A DNA stretch of 64,000 bases from an uncultured Nitrososphaerota archaeon (GCA_963799845.1 CAWCYI010000004.1:1120001-1184000), one strand, 5' to 3'. Positions 21,953-33,268 are shown, numbered from the stretch's first letter. Notes: generated from the letters alone by a model not told the origin. Translations and numbers: made by a program.

Positions 21953-22882
21953 ATGGGATCATTTGATGGTAACCGAGGCCGATTCGTGTTTCTCGGCTAT
22001 TTTGCTGCCATCGGCGCGGCACTTCTTGGAGGACTTTTGCCGAGTGTTTCCAAACCACTCCTCGTCCTCGTAAATCCACTGTTATTCACGACAATAGTTA
22101 CCTTTGCCCCCGCGATTCTCTTCACTCCTGTCTCGATCCAGTCCAAGGAAAACAAGCATATTCGCAGACAGGGCTACGCGATCCTCGCCGCAAGCGCGGT
22201 AGCGAGTGGACTTGTAGCACCTTACATCTACTTTGTTGGGCTCGAGCAGAGCACTGCCTCAGACGCAGCTCTCTTGGCGAACGGGGAGATGGTTTTCACT
22301 GTACTTATCGCCACGTTATTCTTCGGAGAAAGGTTGAGCCGGAGGGGATTCTTTGCGCTGACTCTCCTTGGTATCGGGATCGTTGCAGTGATCACGGATC
22401 TGAATTTCTCTTCCTCTCTGAGTTTTACTGCCCCTGGTCACATCCTAATCCTCGTCGCTACGTTTCTCTGGGGCGTTGACAACAACGTTACTAGCGCGAT
22501 AACCGAGAGGGTAAACGTCGCGAGAATAATTCAGATAAAATCTATCATTTCAGGAGCGGGACTTTTTCTGATCGCCTTCCTGCTGCATGATCTTGTAGTT
22601 AAGAATCCACCAGACCTGATCTACGTCTTCATCCTTGGCGTCTTCGTCTTCAGTGGCTCGGCGTTTTTGAGCATCCAGAGTCTGAAGCGTCTAGGGGCTA
22701 TCACGACCACCATCGTTTTCCCCATTACTTCCGTCTTCGGTCTGATTTTCGCCTACATCTTACTAGGAGAGAATATCACTTTCGTCCAAATAGGTTCCGT
22801 GATCATAATCCTACTAGGAATATACTTACTGACGCGTAAAGGCAGCGTAATCCGCGAAGGAATCAACCTGGAGCAGTACTAG
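21953..22882 (+). CDS. DMT/EamA family transporter
   Basis: About 10 TM helices, 'LFFGERL', 'LWGVDNN', 'LLGE'. Confidence 0.9.
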   Translation: MGSFDGNRGRFVFLGYFAAIGAALLGGLLPSVSKPLLVLVNPLLFTTIVTFAPAILFTPVSIQSKENKHIRRQGYAILAASAVASGLVAPYIYFVGLEQSTASDAALLANGEMVFTVLIATLFFGERLSRRGFFALTLLGIGIVAVITDLNFSSSLSFTAPGHILILVATFLWGVDNNVTSAITERVNVARIIQIKSIISGAGLFLIAFLLHDLVVKNPPDLIYVFILGVFVFSGSAFLSIQSLKRLGAITTTIVFPITSVFGLIFAYILLGENITFVQIGSVIIILLGIYLLTRKGSVIREGINLEQY

Positions 22883-23883
22883 CCAGTCTTTTCAGCAAAG
22901 TGACAGGAGACAAATTGTCCGGGGGAAATTTCCCTCAGCTCCGGAATCTGTTCTGAACAGATCTTCTCCGCGTAAGGACACCTCGGGTGGAACTTGCATC
23001 CACTCGGTGGATTGATCGAGCTAGGCACCTCCCCCCGTATCTCAGTGCTTAACAGATTTCTCTTCCAGGGATTTGGAACCGGCGCGGAAGAGATCAACGT
23101 AATGGTGTAAGGATGTCTCGGCTTCGAGATTACAGCGGCGGAGGGCCCGTATTCAACAACGTTGCCCGCATACATCACTACGAGCATATCGGAAAGGTAC
23201 TCCGCGACCGAAATGTTGTGAGTGATGATAATATAAGTCAGGTTGAAATTCTTCTGCAAATCCAGTAAGAGGTTCAGTATCTGCGCCTGCACCGACGCAT
23301 CAAGAGCGCTCGTTGGCTCGTCGAGAATTACGAGTTTAGGTTGGGGTGCAATCGCTCGCGCAATCGCAACACGTTGCTTTTGACCCCCACTCAAGTGAGA
23401 AGGAATCCTGTCCGCGTGTTCCGAAGTTAATCCCACTGCCGTGAGGCTCGACATTACCAGGGAGTTGATCTGGCTTTCGTCACGCCCCAGTAGACCTTTG
23501 CACGGTTCGGCAACTGAATCGCGCACCTTCAGCCTCGGATCCAATGACGAGTCCGGATCCTGGAAGACCATCTGCATCTCCCTGTAGAGCTTCTTGTAGT
23601 TGACCTTCCCCTTCGTGATATTTTGCCCGTCAAAAATAATCTCACCAGCAGTTGGAGGAGAAAGAAGAGTGAGAGCCCTTGCAAGCGTAGTCTTACCGCA
23701 ACCGGACTCACCTAGTATCGCGACTGTCTTACCTCGGGGTACTTTGATCGACACATCATCAACTGCTTTCACGAATCTTTTTCCGCCTCGAGAAAACGGA
23801 TTGAACCCACGACGAATCGGGTAGTATTTCTTCAGCCCGGTCGTGACGAGGATGTTGCCGTCGAGTTCCTGACTATTCTCCAT
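22879..23883 (-). CDS. oppF: Oligopeptide/dipeptide ABC transporter ATP-binding protein
   Basis: GESGCGKT, LSGGQKQR, ILDEPT and C-terminal 'PSGCKFHPRCP'. Confidence 0.95.
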   Translation of the reverse strand: MENSQELDGNILVTTGLKKYYPIRRGFNPFSRGGKRFVKAVDDVSIKVPRGKTVAILGESGCGKTTLARALTLLSPPTAGEIIFDGQNITKGKVNYKKLYREMQMVFQDPDSSLDPRLKVRDSVAEPCKGLLGRDESQINSLVMSSLTAVGLTSEHADRIPSHLSGGQKQRVAIARAIAPQPKLVILDEPTSALDASVQAQILNLLLDLQKNFNLTYIIITHNISVAEYLSDMLVVMYAGNVVEYGPSAAVISKPRHPYTITLISSAPVPNPWKRNLLSTEIRGEVPSSINPPSGCKFHPRCPYAEKICSEQIPELREISPGQFVSCHFAEKTG

Positions 23884-24958
23884 ATAGAAAACATGCCACC
23901 TTGTGGTTCGGCTTTACTTCAATCAGCCTCGGTTTCTTGGAAGTACAAATGTTCATGACGTTGGCGCACCTAGAAGCGTACCTGCATCCGACCTGCTCTT
24001 CTGCCAGATTAGGGACGGAACCAGGAATCGGCTTAAGCCGCGCCTTGTCCTTTGATCCCGACGGAATGCAAGAAAGCAACCCCTTGCTGTAGGGGTGCAT
24101 AGGTTCTGAAAACATATCGTAGACGCCGGCATCTTCCACAATGTCGCCTGCGTACATCACGATAACTCGGTCGGCAACCTGGCTTGCGACGGCGAGATCG
24201 TGTGTAATCAGCAAAATACTAGTGTTGACTTCGTCCATCAGCACCTTCATCAATTTCAAGACCTGAGCCTGGGTTGTGACATCAAGCGCTGTCGTCGGCT
24301 CATCCGCGATGAGCAATGCGGGCTTTTGAGCGAGAGCCATTGCGATCATCACCCTCTGGCGCATGCCGCCGGATAATTCAAACGGATATCTATCGATGAC
24401 TTGCTCCGGATCAGCAATACGAACTCTCTTCAACGCATCGAGAGTCTCTTCCCTGAGGAGCCTTGCAAGACCACCACGTCGAATCCGCGGAATCCTAGAG
24501 GGAATTTCAGGAGAATTCACCTTGTAGACCTTTTGCATAACGTTGGTCTCCGGATCAATCTCCTTACCTCCCTTGCGCTCCTCGCGCACAACAATGGCCT
24601 CGGCTATCTGGTCTCCGACCTTGTAAACAGGATTCAAGCTCGTAAGTGGTTCTTGGAAAATCATTGCGATCTCCGTTCCCCTGTATTGTCGCCGCTCGTT
24701 TTCTTTCAGGGAAATCAGATTGACAGACTTGTAGTTAATCGATCCAGTTTCTACCTTGGCGGGAGGGATCGCAAGAAGCCCAATAATTGAAAGAGCGAGT
24801 GTGGATTTGCCGCAACCTGATTCGCCGACTATAGCAACGAAAGTATTTCTCTTGATCACGATTGTCGTGTTGTCCAGAGCAAGGAGCCTTGTTTTCTTTG
24901 AATGGTAGGCAATAGTGAGATCAGAAATCGTAAGCAAATTGTCGCTGTTGTTTTCCAT
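23873..24958 (-). CDS. oppD: Oligopeptide/dipeptide ABC transporter ATP-binding protein
   Basis: GESGCGKS, LSGGMRQR, IADEPTTALDVT. Confidence 0.95.
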   Translation of the reverse strand: MENNSDNLLTISDLTIAYHSKKTRLLALDNTTIVIKRNTFVAIVGESGCGKSTLALSIIGLLAIPPAKVETGSINYKSVNLISLKENERRQYRGTEIAMIFQEPLTSLNPVYKVGDQIAEAIVVREERKGGKEIDPETNVMQKVYKVNSPEIPSRIPRIRRGGLARLLREETLDALKRVRIADPEQVIDRYPFELSGGMRQRVMIAMALAQKPALLIADEPTTALDVTTQAQVLKLMKVLMDEVNTSILLITHDLAVASQVADRVIVMYAGDIVEDAGVYDMFSEPMHPYSKGLLSCIPSGSKDKARLKPIPGSVPNLAEEQVGCRYASRCANVMNICTSKKPRLIEVKPNHKVACFLYGE

Positions 24959-24959
24959 G

Positions 24960-25886
24960 ATGGACTTTCAGAAAGCCTCCAAGGTGTCTCTGAGCCCATC
25001 ACCGAGGAGGCTGAAACCGATCACTCCCAGAGCTGATGATCAGCCCAGGAAAGAACGGAAGCCACGGAGACGAGAGCATGTAGTCTTGGTACGAGCTAAC
25101 CATCTCGCCCCAATCCGGCAGCGGAGGTCTGACCGCAAGTCCGAGATAGCTCAATCCCGCGTACACTAAGATGACCGTACCAACGTCAAGCGAAGCATAA
25201 ACAATCAGAGTGAGAGTTATGTTGGGTAGAGCGTGCCCCAGAATAATTTTTGACCTCCCAGAACCGGACAGCCTGGCCGCTTCGATGTAGTTCTGGTGCG
25301 CAATCTTGAGAGCCTCTCCCCTTGCCAACCTTGCATACGGGGGCCACCAGATTATCATGAGCGCTATGGTCATGTTTGTAATTCCAGGACCGAGTGCTAT
25401 GCCGATCGCCATTGCAAGGACGAGCGCAGGAATTGCGAAGAACACATCGGTCACCCTCATCAGCGCTTCATCGAGAAGGCCGCCATTGAACGCGGCATAA
25501 CTCCCGATTATCGCCCCGACGAACAGTGAAAACGCAATGACGACCAGACTGACTGAAAAGTCGTTTGGAGTCGCCGTAACAATTCTGCTGAACACATCAC
25601 GCCCTAATTGATCTGTTCCCATAATGTGGGCGAGCGAAGGCGGCGCGAGTGTTGGTCCGACATCCTGCTTCAACGGATTGTAGGGAGTAATTTGAATGTG
25701 TAAAATGCTCGCCACGAACACTGCAACCGAAGTCAGAGCAAACACCGCGACAATAGACGCCCCGATGAGTGCTCCCTTGTTAGATCTTATTGAGCCCAGC
25801 GCTGCACGGACTCTATCGGCCGAAAGATTCGAGCTTGGATTTGACGGACTAAGATCATCATCGTCTGACTTTGCGCCTGACAGCAT
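24960..25886 (-). CDS. oppC: Peptide ABC transporter permease, frameshift near the C-terminus
   Basis: 'GTDQLGRDVFSR', EAA motif 'YIEAARLSG'. The tail 'FSLLGDGLRD' is in another frame. Confidence 0.9.
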
Positions 25887-25892
25887 ATGGGT

Positions 25893-26916
25893 CTAACCTA
25901 ATCTGATCTGCGGGTCTACAATAACATAGAGAATGTCGGCCGTAAGGTTTGACAAAATGATGATGATCGCAAAAACTATCGTAGTTGCAAGTATCCCGGG
26001 GTAGTCTTGAGCGATGAGAGCTGTGAAAACATACTGACCCATTCCCGGGTAGGAGAAGATGTTTTCTACGAATATCGTCCCAGTAATCAACCAAGTGACT
26101 ATTAGAGATGACAGAGTAATTACGGAGATCATTGCATTCCTGAGACCGTGCTTGAAGAAAACGGTCCTTTCTTTCAATCCCTTTGCCCTCAGCTGTCCTG
26201 ACGTAATTTGCCCGCATGACATCGAGCATCGAGCTTCGCAATATTCTGACTACGACACCAAAAGTACCGAGCGCCAGCGCCATACCGGGTAAAATTACAT
26301 GTTCGAAAGAGCTTGCCAGATAAGCCCACTTACCCTCAATTAAGGCATCGAGCATAGGGATATCGGTAATTATTCTTGGGGCTTGAAGAGTTGGATCCAC
26401 TGCTCCACCGCTCGGCAGAAGATGAAATTCGAAAGTAAACACGATGAGAAGGATTAGAGCAATGAAAAATGACGGGGAAGAAATCCCGGCGAGATAAAAC
26501 GCCCTAATGCTCTTATCCGCCGCGGTGTGGTGATATCTTGCTGCAACTACGCCCAAAAGCACTCCTAATACTATGCTAACAATTATCGCGAAAACTGCTA
26601 TCTGAAGCGTGTACGGAAGCGTCTGGGCGATTACGGTCGTTACCGGAACAAAGCCCCTCGAAGGCGAGAAACCGAAATTGCCCTGAAGCAACCCAGTTAT
26701 GTAGTAGTAATACTGAACCCAGAGAGGGTCGGTAAGATGATATTTAATTGCGTACGCCTTTGCGAGCGCCGGGTGCAAACTGGCTGACTTGCCGAGCCAG
26801 GCAACAATCGGATCGCCGCCGAGACTGTGGGACAAAATGAAAGTAATCGTGATTACTCCTATAAGTACAAAGATAGCGAGAAAGAGCCTTCGAAGTATGA
26901 AGCTCACAGTATTCAA
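25893..26916 (-). CDS. oppB: Peptide ABC transporter permease, frameshifted near 26190
   Basis: ORFs 25858-26916 and 25893-26222: 'RSSMLDV...AKGL...KHGLRNA', 'ADILY.IVDP'. Confidence 0.9.
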
Positions 26917-27090
26917 AAAGTAGGTTCCAACTCCGTTCCACGCGGCGCGCTATTTCAATTTTGTTGCAATTTTACCATTGGCGATTCCTCCCACAAATCG
27001 AATAGCCAAAGGATTAGCCAAAGCACATCTTAATAAGCAATATCGACATTCGAGCCTTTTTCAGTCCAAATGTTTTCCAGTACGCTCTAA

Positions 27091-27834
27091 TTATGATTGA
27101 ATTAACTTTTTGACGTATTGAAAACCCTCTAGAACAACCGGGCCAGGATCTTCCCCCTGCAGTGCCTCGATTTCGAGCATGAGCTGTCCGGAGTATCCGA
27201 CGTCCTTCAGCTTGTTCACAACGGACTGGAGATCTATGATTCCACGGCCGACATTGACAAAGTCCCTCGTAAAACGGACCTCCTTCATTGGAATTTTAGC
27301 CCTGAGATCTTTGAGGTGGACGAGCGTGATTCTATCTTGATACTCATCGATCGTCTTCTCGATATCAACTCCTGCTGCCACACCGTGTGCAGTATCCAGG
27401 CACAGCGTGAGTTCCCTGATCTTGTCCATAGCTTGCTTCAGTTCAGAAGGTGTCTGGAAAGATGAGCCGAGCTCGTTGTGCAGGGAGGCGGTCACCCCGT
27501 TTTCGCTCGCCGTCTCTGCGAATCGCCTAACCTTATCAAGAGCGACTTTCCTATCGTCAGCCTTAACTGAAAACCAGATTAATGGAGTTGCTGACGCCTT
27601 CGCCCACTGTATTCTCGTCAACGCACCCGGGGAATAGGTTCCGCCGTTTTCGAGATGGGCTTCGTTTACTAGAGCTGGAACGAGTCCCGGTTTTTTCTTC
27701 AGAGCGGGCGGAAGTATCCCATATTCAAGTCCCACTCCTTCAAATCCGATCTTTCCTATTTCCGCGAGAACTTTGGAAAGTTGTTTCGGAGTTTGTAGTC
27801 GGCCCCACGGGAACGTGGTAATTGATAGTTTCAA
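27091..27834 (-). CDS. Sugar phosphate isomerase/epimerase (IolE/xylose-isomerase-like TIM barrel)
   Basis: 'SLHNE', 'LCLDTAH', 'VHLKD', 'GYSGQLMLEIE'. Likely TTG start at 27834. Confidence 0.85.
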   Translation of the reverse strand: MKLSITTFPWGRLQTPKQLSKVLAEIGKIGFEGVGLEYGILPPALKKKPGLVPALVNEAHLENGGTYSPGALTRIQWAKASATPLIWFSVKADDRKVALDKVRRFAETASENGVTASLHNELGSSFQTPSELKQAMDKIRELTLCLDTAHGVAAGVDIEKTIDEYQDRITLVHLKDLRAKIPMKEVRFTRDFVNVGRGIIDLQSVVNKLKDVGYSGQLMLEIEALQGEDPGPVVLEGFQYVKKLIQS

Positions 27835-27887
27835 TTCTGAAGACCCGCCTTCTGTGCCAAGTGAGTTAGGCGGGAGGTCTTCCCCGC

Positions 27888-29930
27888 TTAACCACTCGTT
27901 ACAAACTGGACTGTGTTGAAGATTGCCGTCGAGCTCTGACCAGTGTATACCGGATCGAGCAGCATGCTCTTTACAACACTCTGTTTCCACACGATCGAAC
28001 CAGCCCCGAAGACCAGCTTCAATGTTCCCAAGTACATGTACGGTGCGTCATGATACACCTGCGCCTGGGCAGCGGTGCAAGCCGCGACCAGCGTTGAGTT
28101 GCTAGAGCCGTTAGTCCAATCGTTGACACAAGTTTGAGCTACGGGGTTCGAGTAGAGCGCCCAGTTGTTGGAAGATGTTTGGTTGTTTACGAACAGTAGC
28201 CAAGCATCCGCCGGATCTGGAGCAGCTGGTGCAAACGTTCCAGTTCCGAACCAAGAGAGCTGCGCGATGGTTTGATTGGTTACAGCTCCAGCAGCGTAGG
28301 AACTTGCACCCGCAATGTATGGCAACGCGTATTCTGCCGGCTCTGTGACTTCAATGTTGATGTTCATACCTATCTGGGCGAGATCCGCTTGAACGATTTC
28401 GGCTGTAGACTCACAATAGCTGCAACCCGCGACAACCCTGAACTCCATCGTTGGCAATTTTGCAGCGTTTATGCTTGCATTCTTCAGTATCTGCTCAGCA
28501 AGGGTTACGTTATACTGGTACGGAGGAAGATTGCCCAGGTCGTAATACTGCGACTGTGCGGGGTACTCTGGACCAACCATAGGATTTAGCCCTCCAAAGA
28601 ATACCGAGTCCGATATGTCTGTGTAGTTCACAGCGTGCACAATCGCTTCTCTGACAGCGGTAATGTTTGTTGGATACCTCAGCGTGTTCATGTCAATTCC
28701 AACAAAGAGCATTGAACTGGCGGGCATCGTAAAATACGAGTACTCGTTCGGACTGTTTTCTACAAGCGGCCAGTTTTGTGCTTGGATCGCTGCTACCTGT
28801 GCGGCTCCAGAACTCAAGTCGGCATATCTTGTTACGTCATCCTGAACAAATTTTACGACAACGTTCTTGGCGTGTCCGGGATCTAGGTATGGGTTTGCTT
28901 GAATCTGAGCTGCACTAAGGCTATCTCCCCAGTAAGTCGGATTCTGCTGGAACGAAACGTATGCGTCCTCGGAAACTCCGGTCACCACATAAGGACCTGT
29001 TCCGGGGATTGGGTGCTGGTTGAAATATCCGTTGTACTGCGTCGGAGTTCCAAAACCTCCGTGCTCAAGGAGCCACTGCGTGTCGAAAATTAAACCTGTG
29101 TAGACGGGGAACAGATTCACAAACCACTGGAAAGAAGTTTGTAAGTGGAACACGATAGTATTCGGACCTGTTACATAGATTGGCCAGGATGTGTTTTCCA
29201 TGATTGAAAGGAGTTGCTGGTTTGGATTAATCAGACCACTCTGGTTCATTAGTGCAATTGTTGCCGGACCAAAGTCTGCCGTTGACATGTTAAACACGTT
29301 GTACGAAAGCATCCAAGAAGAGGCGTTGTCTGAAAGATAGTAAAAGCCGTACATTTCCCCCCAGACTTGGTAAGAATTTAGAGGGTTACCGTCGGAGAAA
29401 TTGACTTGTCGAAGGTTGAAAGTGTAGGTTCTTCCATCCGGTGAAACGGTCCAGTTCTGTGCAAGCATGGGTTCAACCTGGACGGAGCCCTGGTTGTAAA
29501 GAGCTGAGCCATTAACATCCACGAGCGATTGATAAACTGTGTAAGTCAGCCAGTTCGGGTAGGGGATTTCACCTATAGCATACAGCTGATTTAGATCGCT
29601 ACCAGCAGGCCAGAATGTGTCGTCGATTGTGAGCGTCTGCCTAAATGGCTGGCCGGTGGAAGTCGATGTTGAACTAGAACTGGATGAAGCACTAACACTT
29701 GATGACGAGCTGCTACTGGAACTGATTGAGGAGCTGGGACTGGAGGACGTCGCAGTTGAAGACGAACTGGAACTAGTGCTTGAAGTTGACGTGGTCGAAG
29801 TTGTAGTCGAACTAGTCGCCAGATAAACTCCGGCAACACCGACAATGACTATAATCACCACAATAGCAACGATCGCAATCGTTCTCGAGATTGCCTCTGC
29901 TTTTCTGACAAAACGGACTTTAGATACCAA
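27888..29930 (-). CDS. ABC transporter substrate-binding protein family 5 with N-terminal membrane anchor and Ser/Thr linker
   Basis: Hydrophobic N-terminus, S/T-rich tract, 'LAQNWTVSPDGRTYTFNLR...FSDG', 'GTGPY'. Confidence 0.93.
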   Translation of the reverse strand: MVSKVRFVRKAEAISRTIAIVAIVVIIVIVGVAGVYLATSSTTTSTTSTSSTSSSSSSTATSSSPSSSISSSSSSSSSVSASSSSSSTSTSTGQPFRQTLTIDDTFWPAGSDLNQLYAIGEIPYPNWLTYTVYQSLVDVNGSALYNQGSVQVEPMLAQNWTVSPDGRTYTFNLRQVNFSDGNPLNSYQVWGEMYGFYYLSDNASSWMLSYNVFNMSTADFGPATIALMNQSGLINPNQQLLSIMENTSWPIYVTGPNTIVFHLQTSFQWFVNLFPVYTGLIFDTQWLLEHGGFGTPTQYNGYFNQHPIPGTGPYVVTGVSEDAYVSFQQNPTYWGDSLSAAQIQANPYLDPGHAKNVVVKFVQDDVTRYADLSSGAAQVAAIQAQNWPLVENSPNEYSYFTMPASSMLFVGIDMNTLRYPTNITAVREAIVHAVNYTDISDSVFFGGLNPMVGPEYPAQSQYYDLGNLPPYQYNVTLAEQILKNASINAAKLPTMEFRVVAGCSYCESTAEIVQADLAQIGMNINIEVTEPAEYALPYIAGASSYAAGAVTNQTIAQLSWFGTGTFAPAAPDPADAWLLFVNNQTSSNNWALYSNPVAQTCVNDWTNGSSNSTLVAACTAAQAQVYHDAPYMYLGTLKLVFGAGSIVWKQSVVKSMLLDPVYTGQSSTAIFNTVQFVTSG

Positions 29931-30013
29931 GGTAGATCTTTAGCGAACATCGGATAGAGCGTATTTATGCCATTTGCCAGTCCGGAGAATTCCGCACTTG
30001 GTAACAAAACGTC

Positions 30014-31043
30014 TTATCCGGGAACTGAAACCGGAGCCCTTCTTTTCATGGATTCATCCGCGGCGAAGCCGATCTCGATTGCCGCCTTTCCGTCCCGGGC
30101 TGTTACTCTTGTCGGTCGGTTCTCGATGATGCAGTTGACAAAGTCCTCTACCTCGTCATGGTAGGCCTGTCCGAAGCGTTCGGTGTACGAAGCGGGGTAT
30201 TCCCCGTGGTGACCCGATTCATCGAGAATAGTGGTCGCATATCTCTCACCGATTCCGACAAATGCCGCCCCCTTCATGCCAATTACTTCAGCCTGGACAT
30301 CGTAGCCGTAAACAGCATACGCGCAGGAGTCAATGTGCGCCATCCCGCCGCCCTTCAGACTCAGAGTGACCACCACGTGGTCAGGTACGCCAGAAGGATC
30401 TAACTCCTTGTGGTAGACCAGTATCTCGCCATCCGCGTAGACTTTTGTGACTTCTGTTCCCGACAGCCATCTGATAACGTCAAAGTCGTGGCTGCAAGTG
30501 TCTGCCATGATGCCGCCGCTCTTTGCAAAGTCGAGGTAGTAGTTCGGCGAAAGACCGGGTGGATCGCGAGTATGAGAAGACATCATCAGTATCTTTCCGA
30601 TCTTCCCCTCTTTGACCGCTCTTTCGGCGCGACGAAAAGAGTGGTCAAACCTGCGCTGGTAACCCACCTGTATCTTGATCCCTGCCCTGTCCGATTCGCG
30701 GATGATCTCGTCGGCGTCCTTGGATGAAAGGGTCATGGGTTTCTCTACGAAGACGTGCTTCCCTGCTTTTGCGGCTTTTACGATCATGTCCTTCTTGAGA
30801 TAGGGGGGAACTGCAATCACGACTGCTTCGACGTTTTTGTCATCGATCAGACCGGAAAAGTCCGAGTAAACAGTATCGACATTCAAGCTCAGCTGCAACT
30901 TTGCGAGCCGGCTCAACGAAAGCGTCAGCTACTGCAGCGAGCCTTGCCCGTGGGATTTTGAGCGCCAAGTTTTCAGCATGAGTACGGCCCATTGCACCTA
31001 CGCCGACGAGGCCGACGCCGACCTTTCTTTTTGTGTCCGACAA
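30014..31043 (-). CDS. Gfo/Idh/MocA oxidoreductase (myo-inositol 2-dehydrogenase-like), frameshifted near 30880
   Basis: 'GLVGVGAMGRTH' (ORF 30840-31043) plus 'HVFVEKP', 'GYQRRFD', 'DTCSHDFD' (ORF 30014-30916). Confidence 0.9.
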
Positions 31044-31403
31044 TTAGGATCTATAACCTACGAAAATTTTCGTTCACGTATTAAGGATACCACAGGCGAT
31101 CGTTTCTGGGATAGGAAAACTTCATTCAAAATAGCGCCGTTAAAACTCGCGATATCTTAAAGGGAAACTGAAGATGGAACAAGATCGAACTCAACGTTTC
31201 AAGCTGATGTTAGCTCAGAAGAGCTGAGAAACGAGCTGTTTCAATTGAACAGAGCTTGAACGTCAGCTCTTCAAACAAAAAGTACGTGCGGTTGCGAACG
31301 GCAGAATTTTTTCTATATAAGGATCAATGAAATCTAGTATTAAAAGCGCCTGAGAAAGGACAGAGTGCTTTCTGATCCAGCTTATTCTGCGCGTGGTACT
31401 AGT

Positions 31404-31880
31404 CTACATCTTTGAAAAATCAGCCAGCAAGTCGGGCTCCAGTACTCGCAATAGATCCTCAGATCTGATTTTGACGCTCTTTGTCAGCATGCCGATGTTG
31501 AAATTCACGTACTCATTTTCGAGGACTGAGTTATCCAAAAAAGTCTCAATGCCGAATAGACGCCCTAATGGGTGCACGGAACCCGGCTCGCATCTTGTCG
31601 CAGCAAGAACTTCGTCCCTTGTCGCAAAGCGGAAATGTTTTGTTTTTGCGAGAGATTCAAGTTTTGGGAAATCGATCCGACGATCTGCTGCGATATCTGC
31701 GAGAAGATAGTTACCTCCGTCCTTAGATCGAACGAGCATTGCCTTCACTCCGGTCTTGAGCTCAACGTTTCGAACCTTGGAAGCTTCTTCGGAAGTGTAG
31801 ACTGGCTGGTGTTCGAAAAGAATGTACTCGACTCCTTTCGACTTGAACAACTCTAGCAGGGCCGTCGTTTCCTGTTCCAT
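31404..31880 (-). CDS. YbaK/ProX aminoacyl-tRNA deacylase family protein
   Basis: 'EHQPVYTSEEA', 'VKAML', 'PGSVHPLG', 'FNIG...SVKI'. Confidence 0.88.
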   Translation of the reverse strand: MEQETTALLELFKSKGVEYILFEHQPVYTSEEASKVRNVELKTGVKAMLVRSKDGGNYLLADIAADRRIDFPKLESLAKTKHFRFATRDEVLAATRCEPGSVHPLGRLFGIETFLDNSVLENEYVNFNIGMLTKSVKIRSEDLLRVLEPDLLADFSKM

Positions 31881-31884
31881 ATTT

Positions 31885-32868
31885 TCACTTCAATTTCAGA
31901 AGCACTGAAGCATTCTCGCCGAGAATTTTTGCTTTTTCCATATCACTAATCCCCAGCTTCTTCACCCTGTTTACTGCGTTTTCCATGTCGCTGATCTGGT
32001 GTGGATAATCTGTCCCGAGCAATATTTTTTCGTGACCGAGGAATGAGTAGGTGGACATCAAAACGTCGGGATCGTAGCAGACAGTGTCGACCCACACATT
32101 TTTCCTAAAGTAAACCGATGGCGGGCTGGATATGTTCACCCGGCACTCTGGATACGCATTGTAACCAATCTCAATCCTCCCGCGAAGATATGGAAAAACT
32201 CCTCCCGTGTGTGCCACGACAATTTTCAAGTTGGGCAGCCGCTCTAAAATGCCAGAAAAGACGAGCCTCAGCAATGCTAGCGAAGTGTCAACCGTGAAAC
32301 CAATTATCGGAACCAGCCGATACTCCTCCATAGCCAACGCGTTTATCGGGCTCGTGGGGTGAATGAAGAGCGGCACGTCGAGTTTCGCCGCCTTTTCGTA
32401 AATAGGTATGAGCTCTTTCGAGTCGAGAGGCTTCCCATTCGCATTTGAAAACAGCATTACTCCTCGGAGACCTCGGTCTCGAACGGCCCTGTCAAGTTCA
32501 TCTACAGAAGCTTCCGGGTCCTGAACGGGAAGGCTTGCAAGAGCACAGAAACGATCTGGATACTTTTCGCTAATGGCCCCAAACCCGTCGTTTGCAAGTC
32601 TAGCTAGTTTGATTCCACGTCGAGCTTTTTCGCGCTCGACACCCGGAGTGGTAAGGGAAAGAACCTGCATATCGATTCCGTTCTTATCCATGGCAACCAA
32701 TCGATCTTCCAACTTGATGTGCGGGCCGACGACTATGTTGTAATCTCCCGTGTATTCGATCAGGTCTCGGCCTCGCGAGTCAGTTGTTACTCTGGCGTAC
32801 CCTTCACTGCTGTTAAGTTCGCGGATGTATTCTTCAGGATAAAAGTGGTTGTGAAAGTCAATGATCAA
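31885..32868 (-). CDS. Amidohydrolase-2 family (ACMSD-like)
   Basis: 'IDFHNH', 'FIHP', 'AHTGG', 'GTDYPH'. Confidence 0.9.
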   Translation of the reverse strand: MIIDFHNHFYPEEYIRELNSSEGYARVTTDSRGRDLIEYTGDYNIVVGPHIKLEDRLVAMDKNGIDMQVLSLTTPGVEREKARRGIKLARLANDGFGAISEKYPDRFCALASLPVQDPEASVDELDRAVRDRGLRGVMLFSNANGKPLDSKELIPIYEKAAKLDVPLFIHPTSPINALAMEEYRLVPIIGFTVDTSLALLRLVFSGILERLPNLKIVVAHTGGVFPYLRGRIEIGYNAYPECRVNISSPPSVYFRKNVWVDTVCYDPDVLMSTYSFLGHEKILLGTDYPHQISDMENAVNRVKKLGISDMEKAKILGENASVLLKLK

Positions 32869-32911
32869 AGCGAGATTCGTTTACGGCCAAAGCGTAATAA
32901 GATGAACTACG

Positions 32912-33268
32912 CTAGACCATCCGATCTTCGTAACGCTTTCCAGTGAACAATGAGCGGAGCCACATGATGGCTCGCCGATTCTCCTCATATAATTCGTTTT
33001 CAGTTCTCCAAAACCAGGTAAGCGAAGTTTGTATCTTTTGATCATCTACTGGCAGAGCGATTTCTTTTGAGGAAAAATGCGTCTGGAACCACCGCCTGCA
33101 GCGATAACAGTAGTAAAAGTTCCACTGCCCAGTGACCACCAGGAGCTTTGCGGTCTTGTTCTCAGATTTAGTTGAACAAATAATACAGGAAGTTTCGGGA
33201 TTCAGCATCGCCTCGAAACTCTGCTTTTTTACTCCATTCTTTCGCTTGAAGAAACTGGGAAGCTTCAT
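32912..33268 (-). CDS. Hypothetical zinc-ribbon protein
   Basis: CIIC...CYRC. Confidence 0.6.
   Translation of the reverse strand: MKLPSFFKRKNGVKKQSFEAMLNPETSCIICSTKSENKTAKLLVVTGQWNFYYCYRCRRWFQTHFSSKEIALPVDDQKIQTSLTWFWRTENELYEENRRAIMWLRSLFTGKRYEDRMV

Noticed and set aside
27835-27990. N-terminal extension of the isomerase ORF in the track, and similarly 58696-58761, 11356-11466 and 46753-46824
   Set aside because: These extensions overlap neighbouring genes or promoters; downstream starts fit the protein families better.
29650-29820. Low-complexity repeats here and at 60950-61140 as tandem repeat or CRISPR arrays
   Set aside because: They encode the Ser/Thr linkers of the substrate-binding proteins and have no repeat-spacer structure. 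I found no CRISPR array, tRNA or rRNA in the window.
31170-31330. AGCT-rich stretch resembling iterons
   Set aside because: Spacing is irregular; it looks more like a small frameshifted ORF.
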